The notes beneath the pieces are model-generated. The model did not search any database, had not been told where the DNA came from, and worked only from the letters and a program-made list of their open reading frames with translations. A DNA stretch of 64,000 nt. Origin: Nitrospirales bacterium (lineage in GTDB: Bacteria > Nitrospirota > Nitrospiria > Nitrospirales > UBA8639). Of this stretch, positions 39,114 to 54,100 are shown in pieces. How positions within the stretch are numbered: the first letter of the stretch is position 1; the number at the start of each line of letters is the position of its first letter. The DNA is taken from assembly GCA_965203295.1 (NCBI GenBank), contig CBDBCZ010000015.1, positions 1,152,001-1,216,000 on the forward strand. Reading direction: 5' to 3'. The translations under genes and the position numbers were made by a program.

Positions 39114-42100
39114 GTTTAGGAAACGAACTGGTTATTCAAAGGCTAGTTTAGTTTGAATGATGTTAGTCAAATACAATACATGCTTAGGAAGTATCGATGT
39201 TCAAGAAAGGAACTGGTTATTCAAAGGCTTGTTTAGTTGGTTGATGTTAGTCTGCAGATTAGGAAAGAAGGATTTTATTGAAAATTGTTAGTTTTGTTGG
39301 TCTCTAGCAAAGACTTTAAGCCAAAGTAACTAGCTACCATTGATCTGACCCTTCCCAACTGTTTAGGAAAAGAACTTGTTATTCAAAGGCTTGTTTAGTT
39401 TGAATGATGTTAGTCTGAAGATTAGGAAAGAAGGATTTTATTGAAAATTGTTAGTTTTGTTGGTCTCTAGCAAATACTTTAAGCCAAAGTAACTAGCTAC
39501 CATTTATCTGACCCTTCCGAACTGTTTAGAAAAAGAACTGGTTATTCAAAGGCCTGTTTAGTTTTGTTGACGTTAGCCTGAAGATTAGGAAAGAAGGATT
39601 TTATTGAAAATTGTTAGTTTTGTTGGTCTCTAGCAAAGACTTTAAGCCAAAGTCACTAGCTACCATTGATCTGACCCTTCCCAACTGTTTAGAAATAGAG
39701 CTGGTTATTCAAAGGCTTGTTTAGTTTAAATGATGTTGGTTGGATACAATACATGCCTAGGAAGTATTGATGTTCAAGAAAGGAACTGGTTATTCAAAGG
39801 CTTGTTTAGTTTGGTTGATGTTAGTCTGAAGATTAGGAAAGAAGGATTTATTTAAAATTGTTAGTTTTGTCGGTCTCTAGCAAAGACTTTAAGCCAAAGT
39901 AACAAGCTACCATTGATCTGACCCTTCCCAACTGTTTAGAAAAAGAGCTGGTTATTCAAAGGCTTGTTTAGTTATAATGATGTTAGTCAAATACAATAAT
40001 CCTTAGGAAGTATCGATGTTCAAGAAAGGAACTGGTTATTCAAAGGCTTGTTTAGTTTGCTTGATGTTAGTCTGCAGATTAGGGAAGAAGGATTTTATAA
40101 AAAATCGTTAGTTTTGTTAGTCTCTAGCAAAGACTTTGAGCCAAAGTAACTAGCTACCATTGATCTGACCCTTCCCAACTGTTTAGAAAAAGAACTGGTT
40201 ATTCAAAGGCTTGTTTACTTTAAATGATGTTAGTCGGATACAATACATGCTTAGAAAGTATCGATGTTCAAGAAAGGAACTGGTTATTCAAAGGCTTGTT
40301 TAGTTTGCTTGATGTTAGTCTGCAGATTAGGAAAGAAGGATTTTATAGAAAATCGTTAGTTTTGTTAGTCTCTAGCAAAGACTTTGAGCCAAAGTAACTA
40401 GCTACCATTGATCTGACCCTTCCCAACTGTTTAGAAAAAGAACTGGTTATTCCAAGGCTTGTTTAGTTTAAATGATGTTAGTCGGATACAATACATGCTT
40501 AGAAAGTATCGATGTTCAAGAAAGGAACTGGTTATTCAAAGGCCGGTTTAGTTTGGTTGATGTTAGTCTGAAGATTAGGAAAGAAGAATTTTACTCAAAA
40601 ATTGTTATTTTTTTCGTCTCTGGCAAAGACTTTAAGCCAAAGTAACTAGCTACCATTGATCTGACCCTTCCCAACTGTTTAGAAAACGAACTGGTTATTC
40701 AAAGGCTAGTTTAGTTTGAATGATGTTAGTCAAATACAATGCATCCTTAGGAAGTATCGATGTTCAAGAAAGGAACTGGTTATTCAAAGGCTTGTTTAGT
40801 TTTGTTGATGTTAGTCTGCAGATTAGAAAAGAAGGATTTTATTTAAAATTGTTAGTTTTGTTGGTCTCTAGCAAAGACTTTAAGCCAAAGTAACTAGCTA
40901 CCATTGATTAGGAAAGAAGGATTTTATTGAAAATTGTTAGTTTTGTTGGTCTCTAGCAAAGACTTTAAGCCAAAGTAACTAGCTACCATTGATCTGACCC
41001 TTCCCAACTTTTTAGGAAAAGAACTTGTTATTCAAAGGCTTGTTTAGTTTGAATGATGTTAGTCTGAAGATTAGGAAAGAAGGATTTTATTGAAAATTGT
41101 TAGTTTTGTTGGTCCCTAGCAAAGACTTTAAGCAAAAGTAACTAGCTACCATTTATCTGACCCTTCCGAACTGTTTAGAAAAAGAACTGGTTATTCAAAG
41201 GCCTGTTTAGTTTTGTTGACGTTAGCCTGAAGATTAGGAAAGAAGGATTTTATTGAAAATTGTTAGTTTTGTTGGTCTCTAGCAAAGACTTTAAGCCAAA
41301 GTCACTAGCTACCATTGATCTGACCCTTCCCAACTGTTTAGAAATAGAGCTGGTTATTCAAAGGCTTGTTTAGTTTAAATGATGTTGGTTGGATACAATA
41401 CATGCCTAGGAAGTATTGATGTTCAAGAAAGGCACTTGTTATTCAAAGGCTTGTTTAGTTTGGTTGATGTTAGTCTGAAGATTAGGAAAGAAGGATTTAT
41501 TTAAAATTGCTAGTTTTGTCGGTCTCTAGCAAAGACTTTAAGCCAAAGTAACAAGCTACCATTGATCTGACCCTTCCCAACTGTTTAGAAAAAGAGCTGG
41601 TTATTCAAAGGCTTGTTTAGTTTAAATGATGTTGGTTGGATACAATGCATGCCTAGGAAGTATTGATGTTCAAGAAAGGAACTGGTTATTCAAAGGCTTG
41701 TTTAGTTTGGTTGATGTTAGTCTGAAGATTAGGAAAGAAGGATTTATTTAAAATTGTTAGTTTTGTCGGTCTCTAGCAAAGACTTTAAGCCAAAGTAACA
41801 AGCTACCATTGATCTGACCCTTCCCAACTGTTTAGAAAAAGAGCTGGTTATTCAAAGGCTTGTTTAGTTATAATGATGTTAGTCAAATACAATAATCCTT
41901 AGGAAGTATCGATGTTCAAGAAAGGAACTGGTTATTCAAAGGCTTGTTTAGTTTGCTTGATGTTAGTCTGCAGATTAGGGAAGAAGGATTTTATAGAAAA
42001 TCGTTAGTTTTGTTAGTCTCTAGCAAAGACTTTGAGCCAAAGTAACTAGCTACCATTGATCTGACCCTTCCCAACTGTTTAGAAAAAGAACTGGTTATTC

Positions 42101-45100
42101 AAAGGCTTGTTTAGTTTAAATGATGTTAGTCGGATACAATACATGCTTAGAAAGTATCGATGTTCAAGAAAGGAACTGGTTATTCAAAGGCTTGTTTAGT
42201 TTGCTTGATGTTAGTCTGCAGATTAGGAAAGAAGGATTTTATAGAAAATCGTTAGTTTTGTTAGTCTCTAGCAAAGACTTTGAGCCAAAGTAACTAGCTA
42301 CCATTGATCTGACCCTTCCCAACTGTTTAGAAAAAGAACTGGTTATTCCAAGGCTTGTTTAGTTTAAATGATGTTAGTCGGATACAATACATGCTTAGAA
42401 AGTATCGATGTTCAAGAAAGGAACTGGTTATTCAAAGGCCGGTTTAGTTTGGTTGATGTTAGTCTGAAGATTAGGAAAGAAGAATTTTACTCAAAAATTG
42501 TTATTTTTTTCGTCTCTGGCAAAGACTTTAAGCCAAAGTAACTAGCTACCATTGATCTGACCCTTCCCAACTGTTTAGGAAACGAACTGGTTATTCAAAG
42601 GCTAGTTTAGTTTGAATGATGTTAGTCAAATACAATGCATCCTTAGGAAGTATCGATGTTCAAGAAAGGAACTGGTTATTCAAAGGCTTGTTTAGTTTTG
42701 TTGATGTTAGTCTGCAGATTAGAAAAGAAGGATTTTATTTAAAATTGTTAGTTTTGTTGGTCTCTAGCAAAGACTTTAAGCCAAAGTAACTAGCTACCAT
42801 TGATTAGGAAAGAAGGATTTTATTGAAAATTGTTAGTTTTGTTGGTCTCTAGCAAAGACTTTAAGCCAAAGTAACTAGCTACCATTGATCTGACCCTTCC
42901 CAACTGTTTAGGAAAAGAACTTGTTATTCAAAGGCTTGTTTAGTTTGAATGATGTTAGTCTGAAGATTAGGAAAGAAGGATTTTATTGAAAATTGTTAGT
43001 TTTGTTGGTCTCTAGCAAAGACTTTAAGCAAAAGTAACTAGCTACCATTTATCTGACCCTTCCGAACTGTTTAGAAAAAGAACTGGTTATTCAAAGGCCT
43101 GTTTAGTTTTGTTGACGTTAGCCTGAAGATTAGGAAAGAAGGATTTTATTGAAAATTGTTAGTTTTGTTGGTCTCTAGCAAAGACTTTAAGCCAAAGTCA
43201 CTAGCTACCATTGATCTGACCCTTCCCAACTGTTTAGAAATAGAGCTGGTTATTCAATGGCTTGTTTAGTTTAAATGATGTTAGTTGGATACAATACATG
43301 CCTAGGAAGTATTGATGTTCAAGAAAGGCACTTGTTATTCAAAGGCTTGTTTAGTTTGGTTGATGTTAGTCTGAAGATTAGGAAAGAAGGATTTATTTAA
43401 AATTGCTAGTTTTGTCGGTCTCTAGCAAAGACTTTAAGCCAAAGTAACAAGCTACCATTGATCTGACCCTTCCCAACTGTTTAGAAAAAGAGCTGGTTAT
43501 TCAAAGGCTTGTTTAGTTATAATGATGTTAGTCAAATACAATAATCCTTAGGAAGTATCGATGTTCAAGAAAGGAACTGGTTATTCAAAGGCTTGTTTAG
43601 TTTGCTTGATGTTAGTCTGAAGATTAGGAAAGAAGGATTTTATAGAAAATCGTTAGTTTTGTTAGTCTCTAGCAAAGACTTTGAGCGAAAGTAACTAGCT
43701 ACCATTGATCTGACCCTTCCCAACTGTTTAGAAAAAGAACTGGTTATTCAAAGGCTTGTTTAGTTTTAATGATATTAGTCAGATACAATACATGCTTAGA
43801 AAGTATCGATGTTCAAGAAAGGAACTGGTTATTCAAATGCTTGTTTAGTTTGGTTAATGTTAGTCTGAAGATAAGGAAAGAAGGATTTTATTGAAAATTG
43901 TTAGTTTTGTTGGTCTCAGGCAAAGACTTTCAGCCAAAGTAACTGACTACCATTGATCTGACCCTTCCCAACTGTTTAGGAAAACAACTGGTTATTCAAA
44001 GGCTTGTTTAGTTTGAATGATGTTAGTTAAATACAATACATGCCTAAGAAGTATCGATGTTCAAGAAAGGAACTTGTTATTCAAAGGCTTGTTTAGTTTG
44101 GTTGATGTTAGTCTGAAGATTAGGAAGGAAGGATTTTATTGAAAATTGTTAGTTTTGTTTGTTTCTGGCAAAGACTTTAAGCCAAAGTAACAAGCTATTA
44201 TTGATCTTACCCTTCCCAACTGTTTAGGAAAAGAATTGGTTATGCAAAGGCTTGTTTAGTTTGAATGATGTTAGTCAGATACAATACATGCTTAGGAAGT
44301 ATCGATGCTCAAGAAAGGAACTGGTTATTCAAAGGCTTGTTTAGTTTGCTTGATATTAGTCTGCAGATTAGGAAAGAAGTATTTTATAGAAAATCGTTAG
44401 TTTTGTTGGTCTCTAGCAAAGACTTTAAGCCAAAGTAACTAGCTACCATGGATTAGGAAAGAAGGATTTTATTGAAAATTGTTAGTTTTGTTGGTCTCTA
44501 GCAAAGACTTTAAGCCAAAGTAACTAGCTACCATTGATCTGACCCTTCCCAACTGTTTAGGAAAAGAACTTGTTATTCAAAAACTTGTTTAGTTTGAATG
44601 ATGTTAGTGAAATACAATACATCCTTAGAAAGTATCGATGTTCAAGAAAGGAACTGGTTATTCAAAGGCTTGTTTAGTTTAGTTGATGTTAGTCTGAAGA
44701 TTAGGAAAGGAGGATTTTTATTGAAAATTGTTAGTTTGTTTGTCTCAGGTAAAGACTTTCTGCCAAAGTATCTAGCTACCATTTATCTGACTCCTCCCAA
44801 CTGTCTTGGAAAAGAACTGGTTTATGATTCAATCATTTGTTTAGTTTAAATGATGTTTGTCAGGTACAATACATACATGCTTAGAAAGTAAGGGTTTTCA
44901 CTAATAATTGGTACAATTTTAGCTTTATTGGTCTCAGGAAACTTTCAGTCAAAACAACTAGCTACCATTGATCTGACCCTTCCCAACTGTCTAGGAAAGT
45001 AATTGGTTTAAGATTTAATAGCTTGTTTAGTTTGAATGATGTTAGTCGGATACAATACATGCTTAGGAAGTATCGATGTTCAAGACCGGAACTGGTTATT

Positions 45101-48100
45101 CAAAGGCTTGTTTAGTTTGGTTGATGTTAGTCTGAAGATTAGGAAAGAAGGATTTCAGTGAAAATTGTTAGATTTGTTTGTCTCTGGCAAAGACTTTAAT
45201 GCAAAGTTAGTAGCTACCATTGATCTGACCCTTCCCAACTGTTTAGAAAAAGAACTGGTTATTCAAAGGCTTGTTTAGTTTGAATGATGTTATTCAGATA
45301 CAATACACGCTTAGGAAGTATCGATGTTCAAGAAAGGAACTTGTTATTCAAGGGCTTGTTTAGTTTCGTTGATGTTAGTCTGAAGATTAGGAAAGAAGGA
45401 TTTTAATGAAAATTATTAGTTTTGTTGGTCTCTAGCAATGACTTTAAGCCAAAGTAACTAGCTACCTTTAATCTGACCCTTCCCAACTGTTTAGAAAAAG
45501 TGCTGGTTATTCAAAAGCTTGTTTAGTTTGAATGATGTTAGTCTGAAGATCAGGAAAGAAGGATTTTATTGAAAATTGTTAGTTTTGTTGGTCTCTAGCA
45601 AAGACTTTCAGCCAAAGTAATTAGCTACCTTTGATCAAACCCTTCCCAACTGTTTTGGAAGAGAACTGGTTATTCAAAGGCTTGTTTAGTTTGCTTGATG
45701 TTAGTCTGCAGATTAGGAAAGAAGTATTTTATAGAAAATCGTTATTTTTTTTGGTCTCTAGCAAAGACTTTTAGCCAAAGTAACTACCTACCATTCATCT
45801 GACCCTTCCCAACTGTTTAGGAAAAGAACTGGTTATTCAAAGGCTTGATTTGTTTTAATGATGATAGTCGGATACAATACATGTTTAGGAAGTATCGATG
45901 TTCAAGAAAGGAACTGGTTATTCAAAGGCTTGTTTAGTTTTGTTGATGTTAGTCAAATACAATACTTGCCTAGGAAGTATCGATGTTCAAGAAAGGAACT
46001 TGTTATTCAAGGGCTTGTTTAGTTTGGTTGATGTTAGTCTGAAGATTATGAAGGAAGGATTTATTGAAAATTGTTAGTTTTGTTGGTCTCAGGCAAAGAC
46101 TTTCAGCCAAAATAACTTGCTACCATTGATCTGACCCTTCCCAACTGTTTAGGAAAAGAACTTGTTATTCAAAGGCTTGTTTAGTTTGAATGATGTTAGT
46201 CAGATACAATACATGCTTAGGAAGTATCGATGTTCAAGAAAGGAACTGGTTATTCAAAGGCTTGTTTAGTTTGCTTGATGTTAGTCTGCAGATAAGGAAA
46301 GAAGTATTTTATAGAAAATCTTTAGTTTTGTTGGTCTCTAGCAAAGACTTTGAGCCAAAGTAACTAGCTACCATTAATATGACCCTTCCCAGCTGTTTAA
46401 GAAAAGAACTAGTTATTCAAAGGCTTGATTAGTTTTAATGATGTTAGTCGAATACAATACATGTTTAAGAAGTGTCGATGTTCAAGAAAGGAACTTGTTA
46501 TTCAAAGGCTTGTTTAGTTTGGTTTATGTTAGTCTGAAGATTAGGAAAGAAGTATTTTATTGAAAATTGTTAGTTTTGTTGGTCTCTAGCAAAGACTTTA
46601 AGCCAAAGTAACTAGCTACCATTTATCTGACCCTTCCCAACTGTTTAGAAAAAGAACTGGTTATTCAAAGGCCTGTTTTGTTTCGTTGATTTTAGCCTGA
46701 AGATTAAGAAAGTAGGATTTTATTTATAATTGTTAGTTTTGTTGGTCTCTTGCAAAGACTTTAAGCCAATGTAACTGGCTACCATTGATCTGATCCTTCC
46801 CAACTATTTAGAAAAAGAGCTGGTTATTTAAAGGCTTGTTTTGTTTGAATGATATTAGTCCGATACAATACATGCTTAGGAAGTATCAATGTTCAAGAAA
46901 GGAACTGGTTATTCAAAGGCTTGTTTAGTTTTGTTAATGTTAGTCTGAAGATTAGGAAAGAAGGATTTTATTGAAAATTGTTAGTTTTTTTGGTCTCAGG
47001 CAAATACTTTCAGCCAAAGTAACTGGCTACCATTGATCTGACCCTTCCCAACTATTTAGAAAAAGAACTTGTTATTCAAAGGCTTGCCTAGTTTGAATGA
47101 TGTTAGTCAGATACAATACATGCTTAGGAAGTATCGATGTTCAAGAAAGGAATTGGTTATTCAAATGCTTATTTAGTTTGCTTGATGTTAGTCTGCAGAT
47201 TATGAAAGAAGTATTTTATAGAAAATCGTTAGTTTTGTTGGTCTCTAGCAAAGACTTTGAGCCAAAGTAACTAGCTACCATTGATCTGACCCTTTCCAAC
47301 TGTTTAGGAAAAGAACAGGTTATTCAAAGGCTTGATTAGTTTTAATGATGTTAGTCGGACACAATTCATGTTTAGGAAGTGTCGATGTTCAAGAAAGGAA
47401 CTGGTTATTCAAAGGCTTGTTAAGTTTGGTTGATGTTAGTCTTAAGATTAGGAAAGAAGGATTTTATTGAAAATTGTTTGTTTTGTTTGTCTCAGGCAAA
47501 GACTTTCAGCCAAAGTAACTAGCTACCATTGATCTGACCCTTCCTAACTGTTTAGGAAACGAACTAGTTATTCAAAGAAGGCTTGTTTAGTTTGAATGAT
47601 GTTAGTCTGAAGATTAGGAAAGAAGGATTTTATTGAAAATTGTTAGTTTAGTTGGTCTCTAGCAAAGACTTTAAGCCAAAGTAACTAGCTACAATTTATC
47701 TGACCCTTTCCAACTGTTTAGAAAAAGAACTGGTTATTCAAAGGCCTGTTTAGTTTTGTTGATGTTAGCCTGAAGATTTGGAAAGAAGGATTTTAATGAA
47801 AATTGTTAGTTTTGTTGGTCTCTAGCAAAGACTTTAAGCCAAAGTAACTAGCTACCATTTATCTGACCCTTCCGAACTATTTAGAAAATGTGCTGGTTAT
47901 TTAAAGGCTTTTTTTGTTTTAATGATATTAGTCAGATTCAATACATGCTTAGGAAGTATCAATGTTCAAGAAAGGAACTGGTTATTCAAAGGCTTGTTTA
48001 GTTTGGTTGATGTTAGTTTGCAGATTAGGAAAGAAGGATAATATTTAAAATTGTTAGTTTTTTTGTCTCTAGCAAAGACTTTAAGCCAAAGTAACTGGCT

Positions 48101-51100
48101 ACCATTTATCTGACCCTTCCCAACTGTTTAGAAAAAGAGCTGGTTATTCAAAGGCCTGTTTAGTTTTGTTGATGTTAGCCTGAAGATTAGGAAAGAAGGA
48201 TTTTATTAAAAATTGTTAGTTTTGTTGGTCTCAGGCAAAGACTTTCAGCCAAAGTAACTGGCTACCATTGATCTGACCCTTCCCAACTGTTTAGGAAAAG
48301 AACTGGTTATTAAAAGGCTTGTTTAGTTTGAATGATGTTAGTCAGATACAATACATGCTTAGGAAGTATCGCTGTTCAAGAAAGGAACTGGTTATTCAAA
48401 GGCTTGATTAGTTTTAATGATGTTAGTCGGATACAATACATGTTTAGGAAGTGTCGATGTTCAAGAAAGGAACTGGTTATTCAAAGGCTTGTTTAGTTTG
48501 GTTGATGTTAGTCTGATTATTAGGAAAGAAGGATTTCATTGAAAATTGTTAGTTTTGTTGGTCTCAGGCAAAGACTTTCAGCCAAAGTAACTAGCTACCA
48601 TTGATCTGACCCTTCCTAACTGTTTAGGAAAAGAACTGGTTATTCAAAGGCTTGTTTAGTTTGAATGATGTTATTCTGAAGATTAGGAAAGAAGGATTTT
48701 ATTGAAATTGTTAGTTTTGTTGGTCTCTAGCAAAGACTTTAAGCCAAAGTAACTAGCTACCATTTATCTGACCCTTCCCAACTGTTTAGAAAATGAACTG
48801 GTTATTCAAAGGCCTGTTTAGTTTGAATGATGTTAGTCAGATACTCTACACTCTTAGGAAGTATCGATGTTCAAGAAAGGAACTGGTTATTCAAAGGCTT
48901 GTTTAGTTTGGTTGATGTTAGTCTGCAGATTAGGAAAGAAGTATTTTATAGAAAATCGTTAGTTTTGTTGGTCTCTAGGAAAGACTTTGAGCCAAAGTAA
49001 CTAGCTACCATTGATCTGACCCTTCCCAACTGTTTAGGAAAAGAACTTGTTATTCAAAGGCTTGTTTAGTTTAAATGATGTTAGTCAGATACAATACATG
49101 CTCAGGAAGTATCGATGTTCAAGAAAGGAACTGGTTATTCAAAGGCTTGTTTAGTGTGCTTGATGTTAGTCTGCAGATTAGGAAAGAAGTATTTTATATA
49201 AAATTGTTAGTTTTGTTGGTCTCTATAAAAGACTTTAAGCAAAAGTAACTAGCTACCATTTATCTGACCCTTCCGAACTGTTTAGAAAAAGAACTGGTTA
49301 TTCAAAGGCCTGTTTAGTTTTGTTGATGTTAGCCTGAAGATTAGGAAAGAAGGATTTTATCGAAATTTGTTAGTTTTGTTGGTCTCTAGCAAAGACTTTA
49401 AGCCAAAGTTACTAGCTACCATTGATCTTACCCTTCCGAACTATTTAGAAAATGAGCTGGTTATTCAAAGGCTTGTTTTGTTTGAATGATATTAGTCAGA
49501 TACAATACATGCTTAGGAAGTATCAATGTTCAAGAAAGGAACTGGTTATTCAAAGGCTTGTTTAGTTTGCTTGATGTTAGTCTGCAGATTAGGAAAGAAG
49601 TATTTTATAGAAAATCGTTATTTTTTTTGGTCTCTAGGAAAGACTTTGAGCCAAAGTAACTAGCTACCATTGATCTGACCATTTCCAACTGTTTAGGAAA
49701 AGAACTGGTTATTCAAAGGCTTGTTTAGTTTGAATGATGTTAGTCTGAAGATTAGGAAAGAAGGATTTTATTGAAAATTGTTAGTTTTTTTTATCTCTAG
49801 CAAAGACTTTAAGCCAAAGTAACTAGCTACCATTTATATGACCCTTCCGAACTGTTTAGAAAAAGAACTGGTTATTCAAAGGCCTTTTTAGTTTTGTTGA
49901 CGTTAGCCTGAAGATTAGGAAAGAAGGATTTTATTGAAAATTGTTAGTTTTGTTGATCTCTAGCAAAGACTTTAAGCCAAAGTCACTAGCTACCATTGAT
50001 CTGACCCTTCCCAACTGTTTAGAAAAAGAGCTGGTTATTCAAAGGCTTATTTTGTTGGAATGATACTAGTCAGATACAATACATGCTTAGGAAATATCAA
50101 TGCTCAAGAAAGGAACTGGTTATTCAAAGGCTTGTTTAGTTTGGTTGATGTTAGTCTGAAGATTAGGAAAAAAGGATTTTTTAGAAAATGGTTAGTTTTG
50201 TTGGTCTCAGGCAAAGACTTTAAGCCAAAGTAACTGGCTACCATTGATCTGACCCTTCCCAACTGTTTTGGAAAAGAACTGGTTATTCAAAGGCTTATTT
50301 AGTTTTAATGATGTTAGTCAGATACAATACATGCTCAGGAAGTATCGATGTTCAAGAAAGGAACTGGTTATTCAAAGGCTTGTTTAGTTTGCTTGATGTT
50401 AGTCTGCAGATTAGGAAAGAAGTATTTTATATAAAATTGTTAGTTTTGTTGGTCTATATAAAAGACTTTAAGCAAAAGTAACTAGCTACCATTTATCTGA
50501 CCCTTCCGAACTGTTTAGAAAAAGAACTGGTTATTCAAAGGCCTGTTTAGTTTTGTTGATGTTAGCCTGAAGATTAGGAAAGAAGGATTTTATTGAAAAT
50601 TGTTAGTTTTGTTGGTCTCTAGCAAAGACTTTAAGCCAAAGTTACTAGCTACCATTGATCTGACCCTTCCGAACTATTTAGAAAATGAGCTGGTTATCCA
50701 AAGGCTTGTTTAGTTTGAGTGATATTAGTCAGATACAATACATGCTTAGGGAGTATCAATGTTCAAGAAAGGAACTGGTTATTCAAAGGCTTGTTTAGTT
50801 TGCTTGATGTTAGTCTGCAGATTAGGAAAGAAGTATTTTATAGAGAATCGTTATTTTTTTTGGTTTCAAGGAGAGACTTTGAGCCAAAGTAACTAGCTAC
50901 CATTGATCTGACCATTCCCAACTGTTTAGGAAAAGAACTGGTTATTCAAAGGCTTGTTTAGTTTGAGTGATATTAGTCAGATACAATACATGCTTAGGGA
51001 GTATCAATGTTCAAGAAAGAAACTGGTTATTCAAAGGCTTGTTTAGTTTGCTTGATGTTAGTCTGCAGATTAGGAAAGAAGTATTTTATAGAGAATCGTT

Positions 51101-54100
51101 ATTTTTTTTGGTTTCAAGGAGAGACTTTGAGCCAAAGTAACTAGCTACCATTGATCTGACCATTCCCAACTGTTTAGGAAAAGAACTGGTTATTCAAAGG
51201 CTTGTTTAGTTTGAGTGGTGTTAGTCTGAAGATTAGGAAAGAAGGATTTTATTGAAAATTGTTAGTTTTTTTTTATCTCTAGCAAAGACTTTAAGACAAA
51301 GTAACTAGCTACCATTTATCTGACCCTTCCGAACTGTTTAGAAAAAGAACTGGTTATTCAAAGGCCTGTTTAGTTTTGTTGACGTTAGCCTGAAGATTAG
51401 GAAAGAAGGATTTTATTGAAAATTGTTAGTTTTGTTGATCTCTAGCAAAGACTTTAAGCCAAAGTCACTAGCTACCATTGATCTGACCCTTCCCAACTGT
51501 TTAGAAAAAGAGCTGGTTATTCAAAGGCTTATTTTGTTGGAATGATATTAGTCAGATACAATACATGCTTAGGAAATATCAATGCTCAAGAAAGGAACTG
51601 GTTATTCAAAGGCTTGTTTAGTTTGGTTGATGTTAGTCTGAAGATTAGGAAAGAAGGATTTTTAAGAAAATGGTTAGTTTTGTTGGTCTCAGGCAAAGAC
51701 TTTCAGCCAAAGTAACTTGCTACCATTGATCTGACCCTTTCCAACTGTTTTGGAAAAGAACTGGTTATTCAAAGGCTTATTTAGTTTTAATGATGTTAGT
51801 CATATACAATACACGCTTAGGAAGTATCGATGTTCAAGAAAAGAACTTGTTATTCAAAGGCTTATTTAGTTTGGTGGATGTTAGTCTGAAGATTAGGAAA
51901 GAAGGATTTTATTGAAAATTGTTAGTTTTGTTCATCTCAGGCAAAGACTTTCAGCCAATGTAAATGGCTACCATTGATCTGACCCTTCCCAACTGTTTAG
52001 GAAAAGAACCTGTTATTCAAAGGCTTGTTTAGTTTGAATGATGTTAGTCAGATACAATACATGCTTAGGAAGTATCGATGTTCAAGAAAGGAACTGGTTA
52101 TTCAAAGGCTTGTTTAGTTTAAATGATGTTGGTCGGATACAATACATGCTTAGGAAGTATCGATGTTCAAGAAAGGAACTTGTTATTCAAAGGCTTGTTT
52201 AGTTTGGTTGATGTTAGTATAAGATTAAGAAAGAAGGATTTATTTAAAATTGTTAGTTTTTTTGGCCTCTAGCAAAGACTTTAAGCCAAAGTAACAAGCA
52301 ACCATTGATCTGACCCTTCCCAACTGTTTAGGAAAAGAACTGATTATGCAAAGGCTTGTTTAGTTTGAATGATGTTAGTCAGATACAATACATGCTTAGG
52401 AAGTATCGATGTTCAAGAAAGGAACTGGTTATTCAAAGGCCGGTTTAGTTTGGTTGATGTTAGTCTGAAGATTAGGAAAGAAGAATTTTACTCAAAAATT
52501 GTTATTTTTTTGTCTCTGGCAAAGACTTTAAGCCAATGTAAGTAGCTACCATTGATCTGACCTTTCCCAACTGTTTAGGAAACGAACTGGTTATTCAAAG
52601 GCTTGTTTAGTTATAATGATGTTAGTCAGATACAATACATGCTTTGGAAGTATCTATGTTCAAGAAAGGAACTTGTTATTCAAAGGCGTGTTTAGTTCGG
52701 TTGATGTTAGTCTGAAGATTAGGAAAGAAGGATTTTATTGAAAATTGTTAGTTTTGTTGGTCTCAGGCAAAGACTTTCAGCCAAAGTAACTGGCTACCAT
52801 TGATCTGACCCTTCCCAAATGTTTAGGAAAAGAACCTGTTATTCAAAGGCTTGTTTTGTTTGAATGATGTTAGTCAGATATAATACATGCTTAGGAAGTA
52901 TCGATGTTCAAGAAAGGAACTGGTTATTCAAAGGCTTGTTTAGTTTGCTTGATGTTAGTCTGCAGATTAGGAAAGAAGTATTTTATAGAAAATCGTTAGT
53001 TTTGTTGGTCTCTAGCAAAGACTTTGAGCCAAAGTAACTAGCTACCATTGATCTGACCCTTCCCTGCTGTTTAGGAAAAGAACTGGTTATTCAAAGGCTT
53101 GTTTAGTTTAAATGATGTTAGTCGGATTCAATACATGCTTAGGAAGTATCAATGTTCAAGAAAGGAACTGGTTATTCAAAGGCTTGTTTAATTTGGTTGA
53201 TGTTAGTCTGAAGATTAGGAAAGAAGGATTTTATTGAAAATTGTTATTTTTTTGTCTCTAGCAAAGACTTTAAGCCGAAGTAACTAGCTACCATTGATCT
53301 GACCCTTCCCAACTGTTTAGAAAAAGAACTGGTTATTCAAAGGCTTGTTTAGTTTGAATGATGTTAGTCTGAAGATTAGGAAAGAAGGATTTTATTGAAA
53401 ATTGTTAGTTTTGTTGGTCTCTAGCAAAGACTTTAAGCCAAAGTAACTAGCTACCATTTATCTGACCCTTCCCAACTGTTTAGAAAAAGAACTGGTTATT
53501 CAAAGGCCTGTTTAGTTTCGTTGATTTTAGCCTGAAGATTAAGAAAGAAGGATTTTATTTATAATTGTTAATTTTGTTGGTCTCTTGCAAAGACTTTAAG
53601 CCAATGTAACTGGCTACCATTGATCTGATCCTTCCCAACTATTTAGAAAAAGAGCTGGTTATTTAAAGGCTTGTTTTGTTTGAATGATATTAGTCCGATA
53701 CAATACATGCTTAGGAAGTATCAATGTTCAAGAAAAGAACTGGTTATTCAAAGGCTTGTTTAGTTTTGTTGATGTTAGTCTGAAGATTAGGAAAGAAGGA
53801 TTTTATTGAAAATTGTTAGTTTTTTTGGTCTCAGGCAAATACTTTCAGCCAAAGTAACTGCCTACCATTGATCTGACCCTTCCCAACTATTTAGAAAAAG
53901 AACTTGTTATTCAAAGGCTTGCTTAGTTTGAATGATGTTAGTCAGATACAATACATGCTTAGGAAGTATCGATGTTCAAGAAAGGAATTGGTTATTCAAA
54001 TGCTTATTTAGTTTGCTTGATGTTAGTCTGCAGATTATGAAAGAAGTATTTTATAGAAAATCGTTAGTTTTGTTGGTCTCTAGCAGAGACTTTGAGCCAA